DNA from: Candidatus Planktophila sp.
GTDB taxonomy: Bacteria; Actinomycetota; Actinomycetes; Nanopelagicales; Nanopelagicaceae
Reading direction: 5' to 3' (one strand)
NCBI GenBank assembly: GCA_040402275.1
Contig: JBBAMW010000002.1
DNA: 64,000 bases
In this document: positions 33,667 to 44,816 of the stretch, piece after piece
Layout: each line of letters opens with the position of its first letter
Position numbering within the stretch: the first letter of the stretch is position 1
Notes under the pieces: model-generated
Seen by the model: only the letters and a program-made list of their open reading frames with translations
Told to the model about the DNA's origin: nothing
Databases searched by the model: none
Position numbers and translations under genes: made by a program

Positions 33667-33765
33667 CACCGACACACCGCCCCATATATCCTCCATAACC
33701 CAGTCAAATGCGCCATGATGCGCCCGTTAGCAGTTATTACGATTTATTGAAAGGCGGTGAGAGCA

Positions 33766-34062
33766 ATGGCAACAGATTACGACACACCCAGAAAAACTGA
33801 TGAGGAACTTCATGAGGAGTCTCTAGAAGAACTCAAGGCCAAGCGTGTTGATGCTCAATCCGGTCAGATCGATGTCGATGAAGCAGAAGCTGCAGAAAGT
33901 CTTGAATTACCTGGTGCAGATTTATCAGGAGAAGAGTTAGCGGTTCGAGTTGTCCCAAAGCAAGTTGATGAGTTCACATGCTCACGATGCTTCTTGGTTC
34001 ACCATGTTACTCAACTTGCTAAGGGTGAAGGCGCTAAAGCTGTTTGTAAAGAGTGCAATTAG
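33766..34062 (+). CDS. DUF4193 family protein
   Basis: MATDYDTPRK...ELPGADLSGEEL...EFTC..CFLVHH...C..C. Confidence 0.88.
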   Translation: MATDYDTPRKTDEELHEESLEELKAKRVDAQSGQIDVDEAEAAESLELPGADLSGEELAVRVVPKQVDEFTCSRCFLVHHVTQLAKGEGAKAVCKECN

Positions 34063-34072
34063 TTCTCTAGAT

Positions 34073-34504
34073 TTACTTCTTTAAAGCTTTTATTAATTCA
34101 GCTCCTCGATTACTACTAATCAACCAATATGGCGTTGGATCGTTTATGTCTTTGATTTCTACCTGAATTCCTTGTTGTGCCCAAAACCTGATTGCTAGAA
34201 ATGCTCGGGGATCTGCGTCCCGAGTTCTAACGCGTTTGATGGCTTCATTATCTAAATAGACAGAATCACCGATAAATCCAAGCGCTATATGTGCCTTGCC
34301 AACTCTTAGTTCCATTTCATCAACTTCGATTACCAAGGCAGTCGCAGAATAATTCCAGACCAGAGCAGCGGTAAGAACTACAAGTGAGATTAACGCAGCA
34401 CCGTTTCCAAGGGCAGCCCATAACGAGATTACCAAAGTGAGCATGAAGAAGTAAACAATGGCAAGAAGCCATAGTGGTGCACGTATCACTTCGTGGTAAC
34501 GCAT
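34073..34504 (-). CDS. DUF3093 membrane protein
   Basis: Two TM helices, AHI, DP.AF and DPTPYWL.SS; divergent from the dut cluster. Confidence 0.83.
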   Translation of the reverse strand: MRYHEVIRAPLWLLAIVYFFMLTLVISLWAALGNGAALISLVVLTAALVWNYSATALVIEVDEMELRVGKAHIALGFIGDSVYLDNEAIKRVRTRDADPRAFLAIRFWAQQGIQVEIKDINDPTPYWLISSNRGAELIKALKK

Positions 34505-34545
34505 GGGAGTTACCGTATCGGATATGAAGGCGGTAACCTTGCCAT

Positions 34546-35130
34546 ATGGCTCGGATTCCAAGCACAACAGCTCCTGAAGGATCACCTATTCCGGAGCGTC
34601 ATGAATTAGCTCCCGTAGTAGGTTCAAAAATTCCATCACACTTTGGGCATTGTTTCGGGTGCGGAGAATTACATCCCACTGGCTTGCATCTTGTTGCATA
34701 TGCTGGTGAAGGCTTAGAAATCACCGCCAAATTTACAGTCAATGAAAATCATCAGGGGGCGCCTGGTCTAGCTCATGGTGGACTCTTGTCTTTGGCTTTT
34801 GATGAAGCGCTCGGAAAATTGATGTGGTTGCTGCGCTCACCAGCGGTGACAGGCCGTTTAGAAACTGATTTCATTAAGCCAGTTCCTGTGGGGAGTACAT
34901 TGCATATCACTGCAGAAATTACAGGACAGGTAAATCGTAAGGTTTATACATCAGCTATTGGTCGTTTAAATTCTGCAGATGGCGAAATCGCTGTGCGAGC
35001 AGCAGCGCTTTATATAACTGTCCCTATGGATCACTTCATGAATAACGCGCCTAAAGAGTATTTAGAGCAAATGGCAAAGACACCTGAATTAATGGCATTT
35101 GTTGATCCAACTTTCGAGATTAACCCATAA
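34546..35130 (+). CDS. PaaI-family hotdog thioesterase
   Basis: CFGCG..HP.GL and HQGAPGLAHGG......DE. Confidence 0.85.
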   Translation: MARIPSTTAPEGSPIPERHELAPVVGSKIPSHFGHCFGCGELHPTGLHLVAYAGEGLEITAKFTVNENHQGAPGLAHGGLLSLAFDEALGKLMWLLRSPAVTGRLETDFIKPVPVGSTLHITAEITGQVNRKVYTSAIGRLNSADGEIAVRAAALYITVPMDHFMNNAPKEYLEQMAKTPELMAFVDPTFEINP

Positions 35131-35132
35131 CT

Positions 35133-35576
35133 ATGGCGAATGTGCAGGTTTTAATAACACGTTTAGATCCTTCGGTACCGCTTCCGGTATATGCCAAGGG
35201 TGGAGATGCTGGGGCAGATATTGTTACTCGAGTTGATGTGACCTTGCAGCCAGGGGAGCGTGCATTGGTTCCTACGGGTATCGCAATTGCATTACCTGAT
35301 GGTTATGTGGCATTAGTTCACCCGCGATCAGGGTTAGCAATTAAACATGGCGTAACAATGGTCAATGCTCCAGGAACTGTAGATGCTGGATATCGCGGTG
35401 AATTGCAATGCATCATGATTAACCACGACCCTAAAGAAGCAATTACATTCCACAAAGGTGATCGAATTGCGCAGTTGGTAATTCAAAGAGTAGAACGTGC
35501 AGAGTTTATTGAGGTTAAAGATTTGCCTGGTTCTGGCCGTGGCACAGGTGGCTTTGGATCTACGGACAAATTATGA
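35133..35576 (+). CDS. dut: dUTP diphosphatase
   Basis: GDAGAD, PRSGLA, GTVDAGYRGE and RGTGGFGST. Confidence 0.97.
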   Translation: MANVQVLITRLDPSVPLPVYAKGGDAGADIVTRVDVTLQPGERALVPTGIAIALPDGYVALVHPRSGLAIKHGVTMVNAPGTVDAGYRGELQCIMINHDPKEAITFHKGDRIAQLVIQRVERAEFIEVKDLPGSGRGTGGFGSTDKL

Positions 35577-36193
35577 GTCAACACAATGATGATCGCGACA
35601 AGGTTATTGGGGCGCTAGGTGGCACCAAAGGTTTAATTGATTCAGGTCTACCTGCGATCGTATTTTTGGTTGCTTTCAATGTAACCGATGATTTAAGGAC
35701 AGCAATCTGGGGAGCTCTAGGACTCTCACTTGTACTTTCCATTTATCGACTAGCTCGTAAAGACACCATCCAACATTCAATTTCTGGTGTGATCGGTGTC
35801 TTGATTTGTGCATATTTTGCTAATCGCAGTGGTAATGCAACTGATTTTTATATTCCAAAGCTTCTGACAAACCTTGGGTATGGAAGCGTGTATTTGATCG
35901 CCAATCTTGTTGGATGGCCGATTTTAGGCGTTGTTCTTGGCCCTCTACTTGGCGAGAACCTGACCTGGCGGAAAAATCCTGCTCGCAAAAAAATGTATTT
36001 AAAAGCTAGTTGGATTTGGGTTGCAATGTTCTTCTCTCGCATCGTGGTCCAATATCCTCTATACAAGAGTGGAAATGTAAACTTGTTAGGAACAGTTAAC
36101 TTAGCAATGGGATATCCGTTATTCTTTGCAGCTGGCTACGGAACTTGGTTAGTCATTAAATCTGAACCGCCGGTCGAACGCCCTAGCGTTTAG
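35573..36193 (+). CDS. DUF3159 membrane protein
   Basis: GG..GL.DS.LP, WP..G and multiple TM segments; synteny between dut and trkA. Confidence 0.82.
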   Translation: MSQHNDDRDKVIGALGGTKGLIDSGLPAIVFLVAFNVTDDLRTAIWGALGLSLVLSIYRLARKDTIQHSISGVIGVLICAYFANRSGNATDFYIPKLLTNLGYGSVYLIANLVGWPILGVVLGPLLGENLTWRKNPARKKMYLKASWIWVAMFFSRIVVQYPLYKSGNVNLLGTVNLAMGYPLFFAAGYGTWLVIKSEPPVERPSV

Positions 36194-36846
36194 GAAATAA
36201 AGCACGCTTTAATCTGAGCCTCAGCATCGGCTGAAGCAATAAAGAGCAATTCATCTCCTGCTGCAAACACATCGTGAGCCTGTGCAGTAATCACTCTGCC
36301 ATCTCGAACGATGGCTGCAATTGCAGCATTTTCTGGAAGTTCAATCTCTTCCACAGTTTTTCCAATACATGCTGATCCATCTGGAAGGGTCAGCTCCACA
36401 AGGTTTGCTTGGCCTTTTCTAAATGAGAATAGGCGGACAACATCGCCAACACTGACAGCCTCTTCAACGAGGGCAGAAATAATGCGCGGTGTGGAAACAG
36501 CAACATCTACACCCCATGAAGAATCAAAGAGCCATTCATTTTTTGGGTGATTAATTCTGGCTATAACTCGGGGTACTCCATATTCAGTCTTGCCAAGTAG
36601 TGATGTAACAAGGTTTGCTTTGTCATCACCGGTTGCTGCCACTAATACTTGGCAGTTATTTAGATGCGCGTTATCTAAGGATGTAATTTCACATGCATCT
36701 GCCATAAGCCATTCAGCATCTGGGACGCTTTCTAATTTCAAAGCTTTTGGATCTTTGTCGATCAAGAGAACTTGATGACCATTATCTAAAAGCTCGCGAG
36801 CAATAGCTCGTCCAACATTTCCGGCGCCTGCTATTGCAATTCTCAT
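36190..36846 (-). CDS. trkA: TrkA/CeoC-like RCK potassium-uptake regulator
   Basis: GAGNVG, TGDDKANLV and WGVDVAVSTPR; TrkA-C domain. Confidence 0.9.
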   Translation of the reverse strand: MRIAIAGAGNVGRAIARELLDNGHQVLLIDKDPKALKLESVPDAEWLMADACEITSLDNAHLNNCQVLVAATGDDKANLVTSLLGKTEYGVPRVIARINHPKNEWLFDSSWGVDVAVSTPRIISALVEEAVSVGDVVRLFSFRKGQANLVELTLPDGSACIGKTVEEIELPENAAIAAIVRDGRVITAQAHDVFAAGDELLFIASADAEAQIKACFIS

Positions 36847-37511
36847 TGACGTTCACCTTCTGGGCTACTTGCAAGGATTTCCTCGGTTCGGGCTACATCT
36901 GTTTCTGAGACCATCACGTGGATCAGATCACCTTGCTGTAAGACAGTGTGTTCATCGGGAATTAAGCCTTTACCTAGGCGTGTAATGAATGCAACGCGCG
37001 CAGGTGTCAGAGCGTCAATCAAAAGGATGGGGCGGCCGTTCCATGAGCTATGTGGATGCACTTCGCACAGTTGGATTACGCCTGTTGCATCGCGCCACTC
37101 AGATCTAGAACCTTCTGGCGCAAGACGTCTAAGAATTTGATCAGTCGTCCACAAAACGGTTGCAACAGTTGGAATACCTAAGCGCTGATAAATTTCTGCG
37201 CGTCCTGGATCATAAATACGTGCAACAACATTTTGAATACCGTACATTTCGCGGGCCACCCGTGCTGCGAGAATATTTGAGTTGTCACCATTACTCACAG
37301 CGGCGAAAGCGTTTGCATCTTGAATACCTGCCTCAAGAAGAACTTCGCGATCAAAGCCAACACCTGTGACTGTGCGTCCCTTGAAATTTGGACCTAGTCG
37401 GCGAAATGCTTCACGAGCCTGGTCGATGACTGCGACTGTATGACCGGCTGCTTCGAGTTCGGTAGCGAGTGAGGAACCAACTCGACCGCAACCCATGATG
37501 ACTACGTGCAC
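36843..37511 (-). CDS. trkA: TrkA/CeoB-like RCK potassium-uptake regulator
   Basis: MGCGRVG, GDNSNI and VVARIYDP. Confidence 0.9.
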   Translation of the reverse strand: MHVVIMGCGRVGSSLATELEAAGHTVAVIDQAREAFRRLGPNFKGRTVTGVGFDREVLLEAGIQDANAFAAVSNGDNSNILAARVAREMYGIQNVVARIYDPGRAEIYQRLGIPTVATVLWTTDQILRRLAPEGSRSEWRDATGVIQLCEVHPHSSWNGRPILLIDALTPARVAFITRLGKGLIPDEHTVLQQGDLIHVMVSETDVARTEEILASSPEGERQ

Positions 37512-37543
37512 AGGAGGTAACTTACACCCATAGGCTTACATCC

Positions 37544-38767
37544 ATGGCATCAAACAAGAGTTCGGCCCTAAAAACTGGAGATCTCATACAGGTCACCATC
37601 GAAAAAGTGGCGCATGGAGGACACTTTATTGCGCGTCATGACGGGGCGGTGATCTTTGTTCGACATGCGATTCCGGGTGAAAAGTGCACTATTCAAATCA
37701 CAAGTACTGGATCATCCTTTAATCGCGCAGATGTGGTTTCAGTTGAAGCGCCATCTGAGTTCCGTGTTCAAGCTCCTTGCTCATTTGCCCATAGGAATGG
37801 TTGCGGAGGGTGCGATTTCCAGCACATTTCAGCAGAACATCAGCGGACATTAAAATCAGATGTAATTGCTGAGCAATTTTCACGTATTGCAAAAATGGAG
37901 ATGCGAATAGATGTTGAAGAAGTTGGTGAAAGTACCCATTGGCGAACACGCGCAATCGCCACTACTGACCAAAATGGAAAATTGGGATTTTATAAGTCCA
38001 GATCACACTCAATAGCACCGGTGACTGATTGCATCATTTGTGTTGAGGGTATGAACTTTTCCGAAATTGCCAGTCGAGACTTGAAAGGTGATGTCCGAGT
38101 TGAAATTAGTACATCAAACACGAGGGAACGCTCTATCGCTTTAGCGCCCACACGAGGTGAGGAAAAAGCACGATTAACTGAAGGCCCTTCGGTGCTTCAT
38201 GAGAATGTATTGGGTAGATCATTAGAAGTGAGTCAAGAGTCATTTTGGCAGAGTCACAAAAAAGCACCAGAGGTGTTGACCCAAGTGGTACTTGATTTTG
38301 CACAATTAAAGACTGGTGAACACGTTTTAGATCTCTATGGGGGCGTTGGATTATTTGCTGCTGCGATCTTAGATGCTGTTGGTCCAACAGGACATGTTGA
38401 TTTAATTGAAGGCAGCAAGGTTGCTACAGCAGATGCTGCCCGTAATTTTGCTTCATCTTCGAATATAACTATTGCAACTGGTGATGTCGCACAGTTATTG
38501 CCAAGAATCACGGCAGCAGATGTAGTTGTTTTAGATCCGCCTCGAGATGGAGCAGGCAAGGAAACTGTTGCTCACATAGCGAGATTGGCACCTCGTGCAA
38601 TTGTGTATGTGGCATGCGACCCGGCCGCGTTGGCCAGAGATACCGCCTATCTTGCAGATCACAGTTATTCACTGGTAAAAGTGCGTGCTTTTGATCTCTT
38701 TCCAATGACACATCACATCGAATGTGTTGCCCTGTATACGCGCGCTGAGGTATCTTCAGCACTCTAA
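37544..38767 (+). CDS. TRAM-domain RNA m5U methyltransferase (TrmA/RlmD family)
   Basis: TRAM domain, C.....[24 protein letters not shown] and DLFPMTHH.E. Confidence 0.9.
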   Translation: MASNKSSALKTGDLIQVTIEKVAHGGHFIARHDGAVIFVRHAIPGEKCTIQITSTGSSFNRADVVSVEAPSEFRVQAPCSFAHRNGCGGCDFQHISAEHQRTLKSDVIAEQFSRIAKMEMRIDVEEVGESTHWRTRAIATTDQNGKLGFYKSRSHSIAPVTDCIICVEGMNFSEIASRDLKGDVRVEISTSNTRERSIALAPTRGEEKARLTEGPSVLHENVLGRSLEVSQESFWQSHKKAPEVLTQVVLDFAQLKTGEHVLDLYGGVGLFAAAILDAVGPTGHVDLIEGSKVATADAARNFASSSNITIATGDVAQLLPRITAADVVVLDPPRDGAGKETVAHIARLAPRAIVYVACDPAALARDTAYLADHSYSLVKVRAFDLFPMTHHIECVALYTRAEVSSAL

Positions 38768-38789
38768 AGGCTTCTACGAAGGGCAAATA

Positions 38790-41432
38790 ATGAGTAAAAA
38801 CTCTTTCAACGCACAAAAGAATCTAGATGTTGCGGGCAAGAGTTTCGAGATTTTTGATATCTCTACAATTGAAGGTGCTTCAAACCTTCCCTACAGCCTT
38901 AAAGTCCTGCTAGAAAACTTACTTCGGACCGAAGATGGTGCCAACATCACCGCTGACCACATCAAGGTACTCGCCTCGTGGGATCCAGCTGTAGAGCCAG
39001 ATACTGAAATTCAATTTACTCCTGCACGTGTTCTTATGCAGGACTTCACCGGAGTTCCTTGTGTTGTTGATCTTGCGACAATGCGCGAAGCAATTGTCGA
39101 ACTAGGGGGAGATGCTTCAAAGGTAAACCCTCTGGCACCAGCCGAGCTCGTCATCGATCACTCTGTTATTGCAGATCGGTTCGGAAGCAAGGATTCACTT
39201 GAGCAGAATATGAACATTGAATATGAGCGGAACCAAGAGCGTTATCGCTTTTTGCGTTGGGGGCAGACCGCCTTTGATGAGTTCAAGGTAGTTCCACCCG
39301 GAACAGGAATTGTTCATCAGGTAAATATTGAATACTTGGCACGTATTGTTATGACTCGCACCGTTAACGGGACTTTTCGCGCATACCCTGACACTGTTGT
39401 GGGTACAGATTCACACACAACCATGGTTAACGGATTAGGTGTCCTTGGCTGGGGTGTTGGAGGAATCGAGGCAGAAGCAGCGTTGCTAGGTCAGCCAGTT
39501 TCAATGTTGATTCCGCGCGTGGTTGGTTTCAAGCTGACTGGTGCTTTGCCACTGGGCACAACAGCAACTGATATGGCTTTAACTATCACTGAAATTTTGC
39601 GAAAAGTTGGCGTTGTTGGAAAGTTTGTGGAGTTCTTTGGCCCAGGAGTTACAACAGTTCCTATGGCTAACCGAACCACAATTGGAAACATGAGTCCTGA
39701 ATATGGTTCAACATGTGCAATATTCCCAATTGATGAAGAAACACTTCGTTACCTGCGCCTTACAGGCCGCAGTGATGATCAGGTCGCATTAGTTGAGCAG
39801 TATGCAAAGAAGCAGGGAATGTGGCATGACCCTTCAGTTGAACCACGTTTTTCTCAGGTTGTAGAGCTCGATCTTGCAACTATTGTTCCTTCAATTTCAG
39901 GACCAAAGCGTCCGCAGGATCGCATTTCTCTGAGTGATTCTAAGAGCGCGTTTGAAAAGGTCGTTCCAACATATTTCAGTGACAAGACCGCAAAGGGTGA
40001 AGTAACCGCCGGATCAACTCGCGTTAAAAATGGCGATGTTGTCATTGCATCTATTACTTCATGTACTAACACATCAAATCCATCTGTAATGATCGGTGCT
40101 GCACTGCTTGCTAAGAAAGCTGTTGAAAAGGGACTTAAATCTAAGCCTTGGGTCAAGACAACTCTTGCTCCAGGATCAAAGGTAGTGACTGATTATTACG
40201 ATCGTGCAGATTTAACTCGATACATGGACGAACTTGGATTCCATCTGGTCGGTTATGGATGTGTCACATGTATCGGTAACTCTGGCCCACTTCCGATTGA
40301 TATTAGCAAGGCGATCAATGAATCTGATTTAGCAGTGACGGCAGTTTTGTCAGGTAACAGAAACTTTGAAGGGCGAATCAGCCCAGATGTGAAAATGAAC
40401 TACCTCGCGTCCCCTCCGCTAGTAGTTGCTTATGCAATTGCCGGCACAATGGATCATGATTTTGAAACTGATTCATTGGGTAAGGACACAGCAGGAAACG
40501 ATGTTTTCCTAAAGGATATCTGGCCAACCCCACAAGAAATCCAAACCGTTATTGACTCTTCAATCACATCAGAGATGTTTAAAAAGGATTACGCAACTGT
40601 CTTTGAAGGCGATCACCGCTGGAAGTCACTAGCAACCCCAACAGGAAAAGTTTTTGAGTGGGATGCCAAATCAACATATGTTCGTAAGCCTCCTTACTTT
40701 GAAGGAATGCCTAAAGAGCCAACGCCTGTAAAAGATATATCTGGTGCTCGTGTGTTGGCAGTTCTGGGTGATTCAGTAACAACAGATCACATTTCTCCTG
40801 CTGGAAATATCAAGGCTGATTCACCTGCAGGAAAGTACCTCGCAGAGCATGGAATTGATCGCGCAGACTTCAATTCATATGGCTCACGTCGAGGTAACCA
40901 CGAGATCATGATTCGTGGAACATTTGCCAACATTCGCTTAAAGAACTTACTTCTAGATGGTGTTGAGGGTGGATTTACTCGCAACTTCTTATCTGGCGGA
41001 GAACAAACAACAATTTATGATGCATCTGTTGCATACCAAGCTGCTGGCACACCTCTCGTAATCCTTGCTGGAAAAGAGTATGGATCAGGATCTTCACGCG
41101 ACTGGGCTGCAAAGGGCACAGCGTTATTAGGTGTTCGCGCAGTTATCGCCGAGAGCTTTGAACGTATTCACCGCTCCAACTTGATCGGTATGGGTGTCTT
41201 GCCATTGCAGTTTAAGGATGGCGAAACTGCTGCATCATTAGGACTCAATGGAACTGAAACTTTTGCAATCACTGGAATCACTGCACTCAACAGTGGGGGA
41301 GTTCCAAAGGAGCTAACTGTGACTGCAGGGTCAATTACATTTACTGCAAAGGTTCGCATTGACACACCAGGTGAAGCTGATTACTACCGCCACGGTGGGA
41401 TCATGCAGTATGTATTGCGCTCACTTCTCTAA
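38790..41432 (+). CDS. acnA: Aconitate hydratase A
   Basis: [34 protein letters not shown] and [12 protein letters not shown]. Confidence 0.97.
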   Translation: MSKNSFNAQKNLDVAGKSFEIFDISTIEGASNLPYSLKVLLENLLRTEDGANITADHIKVLASWDPAVEPDTEIQFTPARVLMQDFTGVPCVVDLATMREAIVELGGDASKVNPLAPAELVIDHSVIADRFGSKDSLEQNMNIEYERNQERYRFLRWGQTAFDEFKVVPPGTGIVHQVNIEYLARIVMTRTVNGTFRAYPDTVVGTDSHTTMVNGLGVLGWGVGGIEAEAALLGQPVSMLIPRVVGFKLTGALPLGTTATDMALTITEILRKVGVVGKFVEFFGPGVTTVPMANRTTIGNMSPEYGSTCAIFPIDEETLRYLRLTGRSDDQVALVEQYAKKQGMWHDPSVEPRFSQVVELDLATIVPSISGPKRPQDRISLSDSKSAFEKVVPTYFSDKTAKGEVTAGSTRVKNGDVVIASITSCTNTSNPSVMIGAALLAKKAVEKGLKSKPWVKTTLAPGSKVVTDYYDRADLTRYMDELGFHLVGYGCVTCIGNSGPLPIDISKAINESDLAVTAVLSGNRNFEGRISPDVKMNYLASPPLVVAYAIAGTMDHDFETDSLGKDTAGNDVFLKDIWPTPQEIQTVIDSSITSEMFKKDYATVFEGDHRWKSLATPTGKVFEWDAKSTYVRKPPYFEGMPKEPTPVKDISGARVLAVLGDSVTTDHISPAGNIKADSPAGKYLAEHGIDRADFNSYGSRRGNHEIMIRGTFANIRLKNLLLDGVEGGFTRNFLSGGEQTTIYDASVAYQAAGTPLVILAGKEYGSGSSRDWAAKGTALLGVRAVIAESFERIHRSNLIGMGVLPLQFKDGETAASLGLNGTETFAITGITALNSGGVPKELTVTAGSITFTAKVRIDTPGEADYYRHGGIMQYVLRSLL

Positions 41433-41447
41433 TAACTACATTAGTTA

Positions 41448-43559
41448 TTAAGCAGGAAGTGAAGCAACACCCTTTTCATGGAAGCGCTTGCCTGTTACTG
41501 ATTCGCTAATTCCTTCGCGATCCAGGTACGGCAAAATTCCTCCAAGATGCATCGGCCATCCAGCACCCATCAACATGCACAGATCAATCTCTGCTGGTGT
41601 TGAAACAACGCCCTCATCAAGCATTGCGCGGGCTTCTTCAGCTAACGCCTTCAAAGCACGCGTACAAACCTGCTCTGCTGTCGATGGGGTTGTTCCCTTT
41701 TCAACAAGAGCCATTGCTGCAGGATTAGCACCGACTGATCCATCATCATTTTTGATGTAGAAGTGTCGAACTCCTTCTTTAACCATACGTTGCATAGTCG
41801 GAGAGATTCGGTAGCGAGGACCAAGGTTATTGTGCAGAGTCTCTGACACGTGCAAAGCCACACCTGGACCAACAAGATCAAGTAATTGGAATGGAGACAT
41901 CGGGAAACCGATTTCCATCATCGCTGAATCTGCAACAACAGTCGATGTTCCTTCATCGACCGCATCTGTTACCTCACCCATAAAGCGCGTGAGCAAACGG
42001 TTAACAACAAAACCTGGAGCGTCTTTACAGATAATCATTGTCTTTTTGAGCTCTTTGCCAACTGCAATTGCAGTCGCTGTAGTTGCATCATCTGTCGTTG
42101 ATGTACGTGCAACTTCAAGTAGTGGCATAACTGCAACTGGATTGAAGAAGTGGAAGCCAACGACGCGCTCAGGATTCTTCAAACCTTCAGTCATACGTTC
42201 TACCGATAGGGAAGAGGTATTAGTAGCCAAGACACATTCAGGAGAAACGATTGTCTCTAACTTCTTAAACAGATCCTGCTTTAGTGAAAGTTCTTCGAAA
42301 ATTGCCTCAATAATGAAGTCGCAGCCTGCAAAAACTGATTGATCAGCCGATCCTGAAACTAGTGATGAGAGACGACCAGCAGCTTCAGCGCTCATGCGCT
42401 TTTTTTCAACTAGCTTCGCTAATTCATTTTTAACCCAAGCAACACCTTTATCTGCGCGCTCTTGATCAATATCTGTCATAACTACTGGACACTTCAGGTT
42501 ACGAACCATAAGTAGTGCCAATTGAGATGCCATGAGTCCTGCACCAACAACACCGACCTTTGTCACCTTGCGCGCCAATGCTGGCTTTGGAGCACCTTCA
42601 ACCTTTTTGCGTTTCTTTTGAATCAAGTTAAATGCATATAAGGAAGAACGAAGCGGATCAGACATAGTCAGATCCCCAAGTGCCTGATCTTCTGCATCAA
42701 AACCTTGACCTAATGTATTGCTCTTAGCTGCAGCGATAAGTTCAAGTGCTCGCATGGGTGCGGCAATAGTTGCTCCACCATACTTTTTTAAGGCTGCTGC
42801 TTTTCCAGCAGCCAACGCTGTATCCCACGCAGCATCATTGCTGTAGTCAACACGATCAATTTTTGTAGTGCCGTTAAGCACGCCAACTGCAAAACCAATA
42901 GAACGCTCCAGGAAATCTGCTGGATCAAAGACCACATCAACCACACCAAGTTTCAAAGCATCTTTGGCTTTCAACATTGTGTTGTTGTTAAGTGCATTAA
43001 GCAAAATGACTTGTACTGCACGTTCTGGACCAATTAACTTAGGCAAAATAGTGGCTCCGCCCCAACCCGGAATCAACCCTAGAAATACTTCAGGCAGTCC
43101 GGTGAGTGCTGTTGATGAAAGGGTGCGGTAGTGGCTATGCAAGCCAACTTCTAATCCGCCGCCAAGTGCCAATCCGTTAATAAATGAAAAGACCGGAATC
43201 TTTGATTCACCTAAACGGCGAAAAACATCATGTCCAAGCTTTCCGAAGGCCAAAGATTGGCTTCGCTCTGTTAGAAATGAAATTCCTGAAAGATCAGCAC
43301 CGGCAGCAAAAATAAATGGTTTTCCAGTGATCGCAATTGCGGAAGGTTTACGACCAATCGCATCTGTAATCGCATCATTTAACGCATTCAGAGAAAGTGC
43401 CCCAAAAGTATTTGGACGATTGTGGTCGTGTCCGTTATCTAAAGTAATAAGGGCCATTGTTCCTTTGCCACCAAAAGCAGACAGATCAATATCTCGAACA
43501 AGTGCGTTGGTAACAACCTCTTCAGGTGCTCCAGCTGGAAGTGTCATTTCTGCACTCAT
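41448..43559 (-). CDS. fadB: Fatty-acid oxidation multifunctional enzyme (enoyl-CoA hydratase / 3-hydroxyacyl-CoA dehydrogenase)
   Basis: AAGADL, GGGLE, PEV.LG, GAGLM, TNTSSLS and HFFNP. Confidence 0.92.
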   Translation of the reverse strand: MSAEMTLPAGAPEEVVTNALVRDIDLSAFGGKGTMALITLDNGHDHNRPNTFGALSLNALNDAITDAIGRKPSAIAITGKPFIFAAGADLSGISFLTERSQSLAFGKLGHDVFRRLGESKIPVFSFINGLALGGGLEVGLHSHYRTLSSTALTGLPEVFLGLIPGWGGATILPKLIGPERAVQVILLNALNNNTMLKAKDALKLGVVDVVFDPADFLERSIGFAVGVLNGTTKIDRVDYSNDAAWDTALAAGKAAALKKYGGATIAAPMRALELIAAAKSNTLGQGFDAEDQALGDLTMSDPLRSSLYAFNLIQKKRKKVEGAPKPALARKVTKVGVVGAGLMASQLALLMVRNLKCPVVMTDIDQERADKGVAWVKNELAKLVEKKRMSAEAAGRLSSLVSGSADQSVFAGCDFIIEAIFEELSLKQDLFKKLETIVSPECVLATNTSSLSVERMTEGLKNPERVVGFHFFNPVAVMPLLEVARTSTTDDATTATAIAVGKELKKTMIICKDAPGFVVNRLLTRFMGEVTDAVDEGTSTVVADSAMMEIGFPMSPFQLLDLVGPGVALHVSETLHNNLGPRYRISPTMQRMVKEGVRHFYIKNDDGSVGANPAAMALVEKGTTPSTAEQVCTRALKALAEEARAMLDEGVVSTPAEIDLCMLMGAGWPMHLGGILPYLDREGISESVTGKRFHEKGVASLPA

Positions 43560-43561
43560 AA

Positions 43562-44749
43562 TTACTTAGCTCCCTTAAAGTTAGGGTTTTCCCAAATGAC
43601 AGTGCCACCCATTCCGAGTCCGATGCACATAGTTGTGATGCCATATCGAACTTCTGGTTGTGCTTCAAAGGTGCGAGCTAGGTTAAGAATTAAGCGAACA
43701 CCAGATGATGCCAATGGATGGCCAACTGCAATGGCCCCACCGTATGGGTTTACGCGAGGATCATCATCTGCAATTCCAAAGTGATCTAAGAACGCAATAA
43801 CCTGGACTGCAAAAGCCTCATTAACTTCAAATGCGCCAATGTCCTCGATCTTTAACCCTGCTTGCTTAAGCGCTTTAAGAGTTGAAGGAACTGGCCCGTA
43901 ACCCATGATCTCTGGTTCAACACCGGCAAATGCATAGGTAACCATTTTCGCCTTGATTGTTAATCCAAGTTCTAAAGCTTTTTCTTCACTCGCAAGTATT
44001 GCTGCGGTTGCGCCATCATTTAGACCAGATGAGTTTCCTGGTGTTACTCGACCTGCTGGACGAAATGGTGTCTTTAATCCTGCAAGACCTTCCATGGTTG
44101 TTTGTGGGCGTGGTGCTTCATCAACGGTTGCAACGGTCCAACCAAGTTCTGCGCTGCGCGCAGCGGTTGGAATTAAATCTCTTTGGATCTTTCCATCTGC
44201 ATAAGCCTTGGCAGTTTTTAGCTGCGAGTTCATTGCATAGCGATCGGCACGCTCTTTTGTTAATTGAGGGAAGCGATCATGCAATCTTTCTGCAGTTGAG
44301 CCCATCGCGAGTGCATCTTGTTCAACAATTCGCTCCGCTAAGTACCGTGGATTTGGATCCATGAGTTCTCCCATTGGATGGTTACCCATGTGCTCCACAC
44401 CGCCAGCAATTGCAATTTCATTTGTTCCCATAGCAATCGCACCGGCAATAGTTGTTACAGCAGTTAATGCACCTGCGCACCAACGATCAATTGAATATCC
44501 GGGAACTGTGTTTGGTAATCCTGATAGAAGTGCGGCGCTGCGGCCAATGTTCATTCCCTGATCACCAGTTTGAGTTGCAGCTGCGATAGCAACATCTTCA
44601 ATTGATGCTGGATTAACCTTTGGATTGCGCTCTAATAATCCACGTATTGCGCGAACCATCAGATCATCTGCACGAGTACCGGCATACATGCCTCCGGCCT
44701 TTCCAAAAGGAGTACGGACGGCATCAACAAGGACAACTGTGCGGGACAT
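43562..44749 (-). CDS. fadA: Acetyl-CoA acyltransferase (thiolase)
   Basis: RTPFG, catalytic Cys in DRWC, NEAFA, GHP and CIGLG.G; ATG after AAGGA. Confidence 0.92.
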   Translation of the reverse strand: MSRTVVLVDAVRTPFGKAGGMYAGTRADDLMVRAIRGLLERNPKVNPASIEDVAIAAATQTGDQGMNIGRSAALLSGLPNTVPGYSIDRWCAGALTAVTTIAGAIAMGTNEIAIAGGVEHMGNHPMGELMDPNPRYLAERIVEQDALAMGSTAERLHDRFPQLTKERADRYAMNSQLKTAKAYADGKIQRDLIPTAARSAELGWTVATVDEAPRPQTTMEGLAGLKTPFRPAGRVTPGNSSGLNDGATAAILASEEKALELGLTIKAKMVTYAFAGVEPEIMGYGPVPSTLKALKQAGLKIEDIGAFEVNEAFAVQVIAFLDHFGIADDDPRVNPYGGAIAVGHPLASSGVRLILNLARTFEAQPEVRYGITTMCIGLGMGGTVIWENPNFKGAK

Positions 44750-44782
44750 GGAACTTCCTTTACCTAGGGCGTGGCCCAAATG

Positions 44783-44796
44783 TTACTCGTCAGTAA
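44783..44796. promoter_or_regulatory. Palindromic operator candidate upstream of fadAB
   Basis: TTACT-cgtc-AGTAA about 35 nt upstream of the thiolase start. Confidence 0.45.
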
Positions 44797-44816
44797 GGGT
44801 TTAGGACAGTAGCGAA

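Noticed and set aside
37512-37518. Perfect SD-like AGGAGGT
   Set aside because: It lies 25 nt from the nearest plus-strand start and is better explained as the spacer of the minus-strand leaderless promoter
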